A DNA stretch of 24,000 bases, taken from Candidatus Geothermarchaeota archaeon. GTDB taxonomy: Archaea > Thermoproteota > Nitrososphaeria > Geothermarchaeales > JDFR-13. The DNA lies in contig WAKC01000009.1 of NCBI GenBank assembly GCA_015523605.1, forward strand, positions 12,335 to 36,334, given 5' to 3'. Both the position numbers and the translations under genes were made by a program. Shown here in pieces: positions 8,653 through 15,499 of the stretch. The stretch's first letter is position 1. Every line of letters starts with the position of its first letter. Under the pieces are notes generated by a model. That model made no database searches. It was not told the origin of the DNA and was given only the letters and a program-made list of their open reading frames with translations.

Positions 8653-8801
8653 GGGGCCGTGGCCCAGCCAGGCAGTGCATCTGCGCCGAAGGCGGCCGAA
8701 CAAATGTGTCGAGGCTCCAGATCGGTAGTAAGACCCTATAAAAGAGGGGATGATTGGGTGACACCGGTCGGTCGTGGGTTCAAATCCCACCGGCCCCACC
8801 A
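8653..8801 (+). tRNA. tRNA-Trp (anticodon CCA) interrupted by about 72 nt of intron sequence (probably three introns), CCA encoded
   Basis: The acceptor stem GGGGCCG (8653-8659) pairs with CGGCCCC (8791-8797). T arm: GTGGG TTCAAAT CCCAC (8774-8790). The anticodon loop CTCCAGA lies at 8715-8721. A D-stem/26/anticodon-stem exon piece GGC G GCCG lies at 8691-8698. From acceptor 5' end to discriminator the gene is 146 nt, against 74 nt for the assembled cloverleaf. Confidence 0.8.
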
Positions 8802-8817
8802 TTACAAAAATTTTTAA

Positions 8818-8856
8818 ACCCCTACATATTTTTTAGAGCCTAATGTATTTAGGGGT
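8818..8856. repeat. imperfect palindrome between tRNA-Trp and the Rieske operon
   Basis: ACCCCTACAT (8818-8827) and ATGT-att-TAGGGGT (8843-8856) can pair around a T-rich loop. The palindrome follows the T-run after the tRNA and precedes the operon's AT-rich region and the GGAGGTG SD. Confidence 0.4.
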
Positions 8857-8927
8857 AATAGTTTTTATACATAAGATTTAAAAATTTAGTAGGTAGTAGT
8901 AAGGGTATAAGGAGGTGCTAATTAAAT

Positions 8928-9419
8928 ATGGTTGACCGGAGGACGGTATTAAAATCGCTCTTCGTAGCTTCAGGGATAGCCGCTCTAGCCCCATTCTTCC
9001 CATTAGGTAAGTTCTTAACACCTGAGGCTCAGGCATCCTATCCAAGGCAGAAGGTAGGTAATATAAATGACATCCCCATTTTAGGTCAATTGTTTGTAAC
9101 TTATCCTAAAACGGGGGACCCTGCAAAAGATAATGATCCCTTTAGGCAGTTCCTAATTATTAGGACTGGTGAGAATGAGGTTAAGGCATATAGTAGGGTT
9201 TGTATTCATCTTTGGTGTCTAGTCGATTATCAAAAGGACAAGGACTTGATTGAGTGTCCTTGTCATGGTAGTCAATATAGAAAGGAAGATGGATATGCCG
9301 TCGCTGGCCCGGCCGCTAAGCAGCCGAATAGATATCTACCTATATTGAAAGTTGAGATAGATAGTAATGGTGATATTTACGCGATTGGAATAGAAGGTGA
9401 GATTGGATATGGCAGATGA
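8928..9419 (+). CDS. Rieske [2Fe-2S] protein with twin-arginine signal
   Basis: N-terminal MVDRRTVLKSLFVASGIAALA (Tat-like RR motif plus a hydrophobic segment). Cluster boxes are CIHLWC and CPCHGS, separated by 12 residues. A GGAGGTG SD lies upstream. Confidence 0.9.
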   Translation: MVDRRTVLKSLFVASGIAALAPFFPLGKFLTPEAQASYPRQKVGNINDIPILGQLFVTYPKTGDPAKDNDPFRQFLIIRTGENEVKAYSRVCIHLWCLVDYQKDKDLIECPCHGSQYRKEDGYAVAGPAAKQPNRYLPILKVEIDSNGDIYAIGIEGEIGYGR

Positions 9420-10755
9420 AAAGAAGGAGGCTAAATCTTTTCTGGATAAAATAGTTGAATCCTATGAATGGACTATTAAGAGGTTAGAACGTACCATCCT
9501 ATTTGGAATCCGCTTTGTAATACCCAACAAAGTTGTGAGTCCACATGGATTCCTCGGCATGCTCACCTTTATAACATTTATAGTATTGGGTGTAACAGGG
9601 GCTCTTCTAATGTTCTACTATAGACCGTCACTTACAGGAGCCTATGATAGTGTTAAGATGATAAATGACGAGATAGATTTCGGAATTGTTATAAGAAATA
9701 TACACTACCATGCATCCAACTTAATGATCTTCTTAGCGATATATCATCTCTTTTATCAGTTGTTTTCATCAAGGTATAAGATTAGGAATGAGATCATATG
9801 GGTTACTGGTGTAATTCTGGGTACTCTTACTATTGTTGAGGCCTATATTGGATATGATCTCATTATGAATATCAGAGCAGTATTGGCTATCAACATAGGA
9901 GCGGCATTAACCTATTCAACACCCTTTATAGGTCCAGTGATAGCGGATATCGTTATAGGAACAGGTTTTGATGACTTAATACTAAGGATATACACACTCC
10001 ATGTACTCATATTCCCGATGATAATGATAATTCTGTTTACATTGCACTTCCCAAGAAATTTGGTTTTTGACCCTGGAATGGTTGGTATAATTATTGGCGC
10101 ATTATTCATCACATCCGCACTCTTCCCAGTTCCATTAGGCGACAAATATACTCCTGACCTGCCTGCTCAGGTAACTGTACCTGAATGGTATATAAATCCG
10201 TTATATGCACTTTTAAGAACCGAGTTAGACAAGTTTGTAATGGGTGTTCTGCTTCCGACTCTATTCATAATGATGTTTATGGTTGTTCCATTTATAGATA
10301 GAAGTAAAAGTATGAAGATAACCGAGAGACCCCTCGCACTAGGAATAGGTATTTCAGGTGTTCTACAGAGTATTGTAACCACGGTATGGGGATTCTATGT
10401 AGATCCGGATCCTAGGAAGAGCTATGTAGAGAGACTCGCAATAGATCCATATCTATTCTTCGGTGTCCTAATACTTATAAATATTGTATCATTTGGTGGG
10501 GCTTATCTATACTCCAAATATAGTAAAAAGTCACCGACTCCTCCAAGGAGAACAAGGAGCGAGCCTATAAACATCAGTAAGGAGACTATAGAAGGTATAG
10601 TATATGCAATGGTAATCACCGAATTCTTCGTAGTCGGTGTATCACTATATATGTACTTATTAGGTAATCTGACTTTTGGCTTAATAGCTACAGGTCTTTC
10701 TCTAATAATATTTGGATTCATATCATATGGTATTAGATTGATAACTACGAGGTGA
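9409..10755 (+). CDS. cytochrome b (Rieske/cyt b complex, fused N- and C-terminal domains)
   Basis: Bis-heme ligand spacing H-x13-H (IHYHASNLMIFLAIYH) and H-x14-H (LHVLIFPMIMIILFTLH), a PEWY Qo-site motif (VPEWYINPLYALLR), and about 10-11 hydrophobic helices. The track ORF starts at GTG 9397; the ATG at 9409 (MADEKKE) overlaps the Rieske stop by 11 nt. Confidence 0.88.
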   Translation: MADEKKEAKSFLDKIVESYEWTIKRLERTILFGIRFVIPNKVVSPHGFLGMLTFITFIVLGVTGALLMFYYRPSLTGAYDSVKMINDEIDFGIVIRNIHYHASNLMIFLAIYHLFYQLFSSRYKIRNEIIWVTGVILGTLTIVEAYIGYDLIMNIRAVLAINIGAALTYSTPFIGPVIADIVIGTGFDDLILRIYTLHVLIFPMIMIILFTLHFPRNLVFDPGMVGIIIGALFITSALFPVPLGDKYTPDLPAQVTVPEWYINPLYALLRTELDKFVMGVLLPTLFIMMFMVVPFIDRSKSMKITERPLALGIGISGVLQSIVTTVWGFYVDPDPRKSYVERLAIDPYLFFGVLILINIVSFGGAYLYSKYSKKSPTPPRRTRSEPINISKETIEGIVYAMVITEFFVVGVSLYMYLLGNLTFGLIATGLSLIIFGFISYGIRLITTR

Positions 10756-10760
10756 TAAAT

Positions 10761-11357
10761 ATGGATAAGGGATTGTATATTGCGAGTGTCTTCTTCATCT
10801 TCATGGGAATAATAGGCACATGGCTTGGATTGTTTGCAGAAATTAGTGAGACTTTCTATGAGATGACTGGTATTGCTTTAGTTATTCTTATACTAGGTAT
10901 TGCTATGTTGCCGATCGCCCTGTTTAAAGGTGGTAAACCACCAGTAGAAAGCTTTATCCCAATCTTCGCTTTACTTGTAGTTGGATTCTTTACGATTGGA
11001 TGGAATTTTGTAGTTCCCGCTGAAGAAGCAGGTCCCACAACAGGTGTCGTTGAAAGAATATACTTGTTAGCTGGAGAATATTGGTTTAACGAGACTAACC
11101 CCGATATTGTTGTAAGTGAGGGGTCGCTAGTAGAGGTTACCGTTGATAATGTCGGAGTTGTTGTACATTCATTTAGAGTCTTTGGCGTTTCAGAAGACTC
11201 TGGAAATATATTACCTGGTGAGAAAGTTACAGTGTCCTTCGTGGCTGGGAAAGCAGGAGTATATGACTATATATGTACAATACCTGGACATGTGGAACTA
11301 GGAATGAAAGGTACTTTCATAATTGAACAAAGTAATCAAACAGCTACGTCAGAATAA
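10761..11357 (+). CDS. membrane-anchored type-1 (blue) copper protein, rusticyanin/sulfocyanin-like cupredoxin
   Basis: The C-terminal YDYICTIPGHVELGMKGTFII gives C-x4-H-x4-M copper ligand spacing, with an upstream His in VVVHSFRV. The N-terminal roughly 95 aa form three hydrophobic segments. ATG 10761 is preceded by GAGGTGAT; the track start is GTG 10752. Confidence 0.82.
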   Translation: MDKGLYIASVFFIFMGIIGTWLGLFAEISETFYEMTGIALVILILGIAMLPIALFKGGKPPVESFIPIFALLVVGFFTIGWNFVVPAEEAGPTTGVVERIYLLAGEYWFNETNPDIVVSEGSLVEVTVDNVGVVVHSFRVFGVSEDSGNILPGEKVTVSFVAGKAGVYDYICTIPGHVELGMKGTFIIEQSNQTATSE

Positions 11358-11370
11358 ATAATATGGCTGA

Positions 11371-11445
11371 TGGGGCCGCCCGGATTTGAACCGGGGACCA
11401 CGGGCTCCCGAGGCCCGCATGCTAGCCAAGCTACACCACGGCCCC
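11371..11445 (-). tRNA. tRNA-Pro (anticodon CGG), no encoded CCA
   Basis: The reverse complement is GGGGCCGTGGTGTAGCTTGGCTAGCATGCGGGCCTCGGGAGCCCGTGGTCCCCGGTTCAAATCCGGGCGGCCCCA. Over these 75 nt it is identical to the gene at 7111-7185 except for position 34 (C instead of T). Confidence 0.92.
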
Positions 11446-11548
11446 AAAACTCATTTCTTTTTAGATATTCATTCTAGTTTTTAGTTTTGACTAATGTCTT
11501 CTTAAGATATAGATTTAGATATATAGTTCCTCCTATTGATAGTGTCAA

Positions 11549-11917
11549 CTATTGATTGGATAGTCCTCCCTCCTTAAGAACTATTATTGCTTCTGCTATG
11601 TCTCCATCTGTAAGCTCTAAAGCTTTTATAGCTAGGTCCCGATCTACATTTGCCTGTTCCATGACAATTTTTATATCCTCTTCTGGAAATGTCTTCGTCT
11701 CTTCTTCCTCTACCTCCTCTTCTTCACCGATTATCTGATATGTGGTACTACCTGCTACAACTATCTTACTTACATTTGGTTCATATATCCTAGTTATCCT
11801 ACCGTCTCTATAATGAAATTCTACATATTCTATGTCTAGCTGTTCTACATTTTCAATACCCATCCTCTTCATCATTCGCCTCAGTTCTCTTGAAGATATT
11901 TTTTTCATTTTCCTCAC
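11549..11917 (-). CDS. nac: nascent polypeptide-associated complex protein (archaeal NAC, NAC + UBA domains)
   Basis: RELRRMMKRMGIE..., then a beta-rich NAC core (VEFHYRDGRITRIYEPNVSKIVVAGSTTYQIIGE), an acidic linker and a C-terminal UBA-like region (DIKIVMEQANVDRDLAIKALELTDGDIAEAII). Confidence 0.9.
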   Translation of the reverse strand: MRKMKKISSRELRRMMKRMGIENVEQLDIEYVEFHYRDGRITRIYEPNVSKIVVAGSTTYQIIGEEEEVEEEETKTFPEEDIKIVMEQANVDRDLAIKALELTDGDIAEAIIVLKEGGLSNQ

Positions 11918-12024
11918 CTAAACTTTGAACTAATATTCTGTTTCTAAATACTATATAGGTGGGAATTGATGTATAAATATAAGGAATAAATGCCTGTGAA
12001 CCTTCTTTAAAATATGGAAAGGGA

Positions 12025-12543
12025 ATGAACTGTGAAATATGTGGTAGAGACTCCGAAGTATTGTATGTAGTCATATATCTCGGTGCTAGAACATATGCAT
12101 GTCCAAAATGTGTAGATGAACATGGACTGACGGTTATTAAACGGCTTGGAGAACGTGTCAAACGAGGTGTCGAACCTAAAAAATCTCTCCCCGTTAGGAG
12201 TAAAACAATCGCAAGAAGTAAACCAGCACCTGATTTCGAATTAATTGAAGACTATGGTTTGGTGATTAAAAAAAGAAGGGAAGAGATGGGTTTGACTCAA
12301 GAAGATCTGGCGAGGAGGTTAAAGGTTAAACTTAGTTATATAAAGAAGGTGGAGGCCGGTAAAATAATCCCCGATTATAATACTGTACTTAAGCTGGAGA
12401 AGATTCTGGGTGTGAAGCTTATTGAAACGTCAAATTTGGAGGATGAAAGAGTTAAATATATCTATGATGAAGATGTTGAGGAGGGGCCTACATTAGGTGA
12501 TATAATATTTAGAGGAAATAGAGGGGGTGGTGAAGAGCTATAA
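12025..12543 (+). CDS. archaeal multiprotein bridging factor 1 (aMBF1): Zn-ribbon + XRE-type HTH
   Basis: N-terminal CEICG...CPKC zinc ribbon and a C-terminal HTH (IKKRREEMGLTQEDLARRLKVKLSYIKKVEAGK). Confidence 0.85.
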   Translation: MNCEICGRDSEVLYVVIYLGARTYACPKCVDEHGLTVIKRLGERVKRGVEPKKSLPVRSKTIARSKPAPDFELIEDYGLVIKKRREEMGLTQEDLARRLKVKLSYIKKVEAGKIIPDYNTVLKLEKILGVKLIETSNLEDERVKYIYDEDVEEGPTLGDIIFRGNRGGGEEL

Positions 12544-12575
12544 TCCCCGCAGTTATATGTATCCATAAGAAGAGT

Positions 12576-13808
12576 TTGATGGATGAGTTTAAAGTGTTGG
12601 TAGAGGAGGCTGGATATATTCCCGTTAGAACCGTGTATATACGTAGGTTTACCTCTAAAGGCTTAAGTGATGCAAAAATTGATGAGATAAGGAAGGCACT
12701 TGAAGAGAGCGGCTGTGAAACTGTCATATTTGATGTTGAGCTGAAGCCTAGACATATGTATCAAATTACTAAGGAGTTGCATGTTATGGTCAAGGACCGT
12801 ATAGAAATTATATTAGAGATATTTAGGAGACATAGCCCATCTAAAGAGGCTGATCTTCAGATTAGACTTGCTAGTCTCCAGTATGAATTGGCTAGAGCTC
12901 GGGAGCGGGTCATGCTTGTGAGGTCTGGAGAACAGCCTCCATTGACTATGGGGCCTGGTCAGTACGAGGTAGATAAGTATTATCTTGAGATTAAGAGGAG
13001 AATACAGAATATAAAGAAAAAACTGGAGGAGATACGTAGAAAGAGACATGTTCATAGGTTTATGAGGAGGAAGAGAGGTTATAAGACAATTACTATAGTG
13101 GGTTATACATGTTCTGGGAAGACAACTCTGTTCAATTCCTTAACCAATCTTAATATGAAAGTGGGCGATGAACCATTTACAACCCTTTCTACTAAATATG
13201 CACTTCTAAAAATAGGTTTATGGAAGGTATATCTAGTTGATACAATTGGTTTTATAAGGGATCTCCCACCGTTCGTCATCGAAGCGTTCTACTCTACATT
13301 AGAGGATATACAATATTCAGATGTGGTTTATTTAGTTGTAGATGTTACAGAGTCTCTAGATTATATTGAGGAGAAATTGAAGACTTCATTCGAGATTTTA
13401 AATAAACTGGGCTATAAAGGTGAAGTGATAATTGTTGGTAATAAACTGGATCTAATTAATAATATAGAGGCTTTAAAACCTGTCAGAGATTTATTTGAGA
13501 GTTATGGAAAGGAATATGTGTTTTTATCCGCATATACAGGAGAAAATATTGATGTTTTACTGGAGAAGACGGAGAGACTCCTCGGCTCCGGCTCTTATAT
13601 AGAGCTTTTTATACCCTATTCAAATAAGGATATGTACAGATTGATTGGACTCTTGAGGGAAGGCGGCGAAGGAGAACTGGCTTTTAAAGAGACAGGGGTC
13701 TTTTTCAAGGGATTCATAAGGAACGATGTGTTGGAGAACATGCTAAAGAATGATGGTATCGAGGTGAGACGGCTTGAGAGAAATTTGGATATTGAGGCTG
13801 GGTCATAG
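12576..13808 (+). CDS. hflX: GTPase HflX
   Basis: HflX N-domain (LKPRHMYQITKEL..., ILEIFRRHSPSKEADLQIRLASLQYEL), G1 GYTCSGKTTLFN, G3 DTIGF and G4 NKLD. The start is TTG 12576 or the adjacent ATG 12579. Confidence 0.88.
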   Translation: MMDEFKVLVEEAGYIPVRTVYIRRFTSKGLSDAKIDEIRKALEESGCETVIFDVELKPRHMYQITKELHVMVKDRIEIILEIFRRHSPSKEADLQIRLASLQYELARARERVMLVRSGEQPPLTMGPGQYEVDKYYLEIKRRIQNIKKKLEEIRRKRHVHRFMRRKRGYKTITIVGYTCSGKTTLFNSLTNLNMKVGDEPFTTLSTKYALLKIGLWKVYLVDTIGFIRDLPPFVIEAFYSTLEDIQYSDVVYLVVDVTESLDYIEEKLKTSFEILNKLGYKGEVIIVGNKLDLINNIEALKPVRDLFESYGKEYVFLSAYTGENIDVLLEKTERLLGSGSYIELFIPYSNKDMYRLIGLLREGGEGELAFKETGVFFKGFIRNDVLENMLKNDGIEVRRLERNLDIEAGS

Positions 13809-14307
13809 AGTCCCAAGAGACCAAAGGGTATCTACCCATCTTGCATTAGCTGCTAGGGCATTAGGAGCGTCAAAAATGTTCTATACTGGTGTACGTGACC
13901 CAGAGTTTGAAGGGTCTATAGATAGGGTTAGACGAAATTGGGGTGGAGAATTTAGACTAGAGTATATCGAGGATCCAATCGATTTTATAATGAATGTCCG
14001 GTCTATGGGGTTCATAATTATCCATCTTACAATGTATGGCATCCCATTAAACTATATACTTGATGAGCTGTTGAAACATGAAAAGTTTCTCGTTATTGTG
14101 GGTGGTGAGAAGGTTCCAAGTGAATATTTCCATATCTCCGACTTTAACGTGGCTATAGGAGGGCAACCACATTCAGAAATTTCAGCTCTAGCCATATTCC
14201 TAGATAGAATCTTCCAAGGTGCAGAATTAGACCTCCATTTTTCAGGAGGCATATATAGGGTAGTAAGTTCGAAGAAGGGTAAGTATCCCATTAATATAAA
14301 GGATTAG
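13774..14307 (+). CDS. trm56: tRNA (cytidine56-2'-O)-methyltransferase aTrm56 (SPOUT family)
   Basis: The N-terminal ILRLGHRVPRDQRVSTHLALAARALGA block is characteristic of aTrm56, and 177 aa is a typical size. The TTG start overlaps the hflX 3' end by 35 nt. Confidence 0.82.
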   Translation: MREIWILRLGHRVPRDQRVSTHLALAARALGASKMFYTGVRDPEFEGSIDRVRRNWGGEFRLEYIEDPIDFIMNVRSMGFIIIHLTMYGIPLNYILDELLKHEKFLVIVGGEKVPSEYFHISDFNVAIGGQPHSEISALAIFLDRIFQGAELDLHFSGGIYRVVSSKKGKYPINIKD

Positions 14308-14360
14308 ATGTCTACCGAGCATTTTATTAGAAAAACCTGTCTAAATATATATGGGTTTAA

Positions 14361-14945
14361 ATGAGCAGGGGAGAAGAGTCAAAAAATAAGATGGATGATA
14401 AAGAGTCAGCCATATATGCTTTTAAGAAGATTGTAGAAGCATATAAAGGTCCTTTAGCTGGTAAAATAGTTGAGGCTCTTGCTAGGTACGGCGAGTTAAC
14501 AGATAATGAAATAGCAGAGAGGGTTGACGCGGATGACGCGGAGGTTAGACGTATAATATGGGTGTTAGCCAGTGAGGGGCTCCTCATATCTAAGAAAGTA
14601 GTTAACGATACCGGTTGGATAACTTTTTTCTGGAAGCTACCGTTGGACCAGGTGGATGGGCTTATACTTTCTCTCTATAGGAGAATAATTGATAGGCTTG
14701 AGAAAAAGCTTGAATATGAAACTTCAAATATCTTCTATTGGTGTATGGATAAGAATCATGAGAGACTTACATTCTCGGAAGCTGTTGATAACATGTTTAA
14801 ATGTCCTTTATGTAACAAAACTTTAATGCCATATGACAATAGCGAGTTAATCGCGGCTATAAAATACTCGATTAGTGAGATGAAACGTATAATGAATGAA
14901 TATTTCAAGGAGGTTGAAGAAGAGGTATCTAACTCTCAGGATTAG
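14361..14945 (+). CDS. tfe: transcription factor E (TFE alpha, TFIIE-alpha homologue)
   Basis: N-terminal winged helix (IVEALARYGELTDNEIAERVDADDAEVRRIIWVLASEGLL...WITFFWKL), followed by a Zn-ribbon-like region (YWCMDKNHERLTFSEAVDNMFKCPLCNKTL). Confidence 0.75.
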   Translation: MSRGEESKNKMDDKESAIYAFKKIVEAYKGPLAGKIVEALARYGELTDNEIAERVDADDAEVRRIIWVLASEGLLISKKVVNDTGWITFFWKLPLDQVDGLILSLYRRIIDRLEKKLEYETSNIFYWCMDKNHERLTFSEAVDNMFKCPLCNKTLMPYDNSELIAAIKYSISEMKRIMNEYFKEVEEEVSNSQD

Positions 14946-14977
14946 CCATTATAATTTCTTCTCCAGCGGTTTATTAG

Positions 14978-15008
14978 CCTTATATATCCAGTGAATCTTT
15001 AAATAGAA
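14978..15008 (+). promoter_or_regulatory. candidate archaeal promoter (TATA-like boxes) for the ribosomal protein cluster
   Basis: TTATATAT (14980-14987) and TTTAAATA (about 14998-15005) lie in the 84-nt gap upstream of uL22. A GGTGAT SD lies at 15021-15026. Confidence 0.35.
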
Positions 15009-15029
15009 ATAGATAGAATAGGTGATATT

Positions 15030-15497
15030 ATGCCAACTTGGAGATATAGTATTAAAATTCCAGAGGATGAGAAAGAAAAATATGTTAAAGCTAGTTTAAG
15101 GGAGGTCTCTATATCACCTAAACATGCTGTTGAGATTGCCCGTGAAATTAGGGGTATGTATGTTGAGGATGCCCGTAAATATCTCGAAGAGGTTATTAGC
15201 CTTAAGCGGGCGGTCCCATTTAAGAGATATAAGAAGAAGGTCCCCCATAGGAGGGGGTTGAATAAATGGTATGCAGGTAGATATCCCGTTAAAGCAGCCA
15301 AATATTTCTTGCGTCTCCTCGATAACCTTATAAATAATGCTGAGGATAGAGAGTTAGATGTCGAACGTTTAAAAATTGTTCATTGTGCCGCTCATAGAGG
15401 CCGGAAGATTAGAAACTATATTCCTCGAGCGTTTGGGAGGTCTACCCCCTTCTTTGACACTCTCGTCCATGTTGAGGTGGTTGCTAAGGAGGTGTAA
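15030..15497 (+). CDS. rpl22: 50S ribosomal protein uL22
   Basis: ASLREVSISPKHAVEIAREIRGMYVEDARKYLEEVI...AVPFKRY is the L22 family pattern; operon position is immediately before uS3. Confidence 0.93.
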   Translation: MPTWRYSIKIPEDEKEKYVKASLREVSISPKHAVEIAREIRGMYVEDARKYLEEVISLKRAVPFKRYKKKVPHRRGLNKWYAGRYPVKAAKYFLRLLDNLINNAEDRELDVERLKIVHCAAHRGRKIRNYIPRAFGRSTPFFDTLVHVEVVAKEV

Positions 15498-15499
15498 CA

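Noticed and set aside
8729-8770. Possible box C/D guide RNA inside the 42-nt tRNA-Trp insertion (GGGGATGATTGGGTGAC)
   Set aside because: Euryarchaeal tRNA-Trp introns do encode C/D guides. Here, however, the C-like box is imperfect (GATGATT against RUGAUGA), there is no CUGA D box, and 42 nt is too short for C/D plus C'/D' with 10-12-nt guides.
7111-11445. The segment bounded by the tRNA-Pro pair, considered as an integrated mobile element or genomic island
   Set aside because: tRNA-targeting integrative elements leave direct partial tRNA repeats and an integrase. Here the copies are full-length and inverted. No integrase, transposase or viral-type gene is present, and the content (methyltransferase, tRNA-Trp, respiratory operon) is housekeeping.
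11853-12161. 102-aa minus-strand ORF spanning the NAC/MBF1 divergent spacer
   Set aside because: It overlaps the NAC 5' end, the whole promoter spacer and the MBF1 Zn-ribbon coding region. It has no motif and is incompatible with the two recognised genes.
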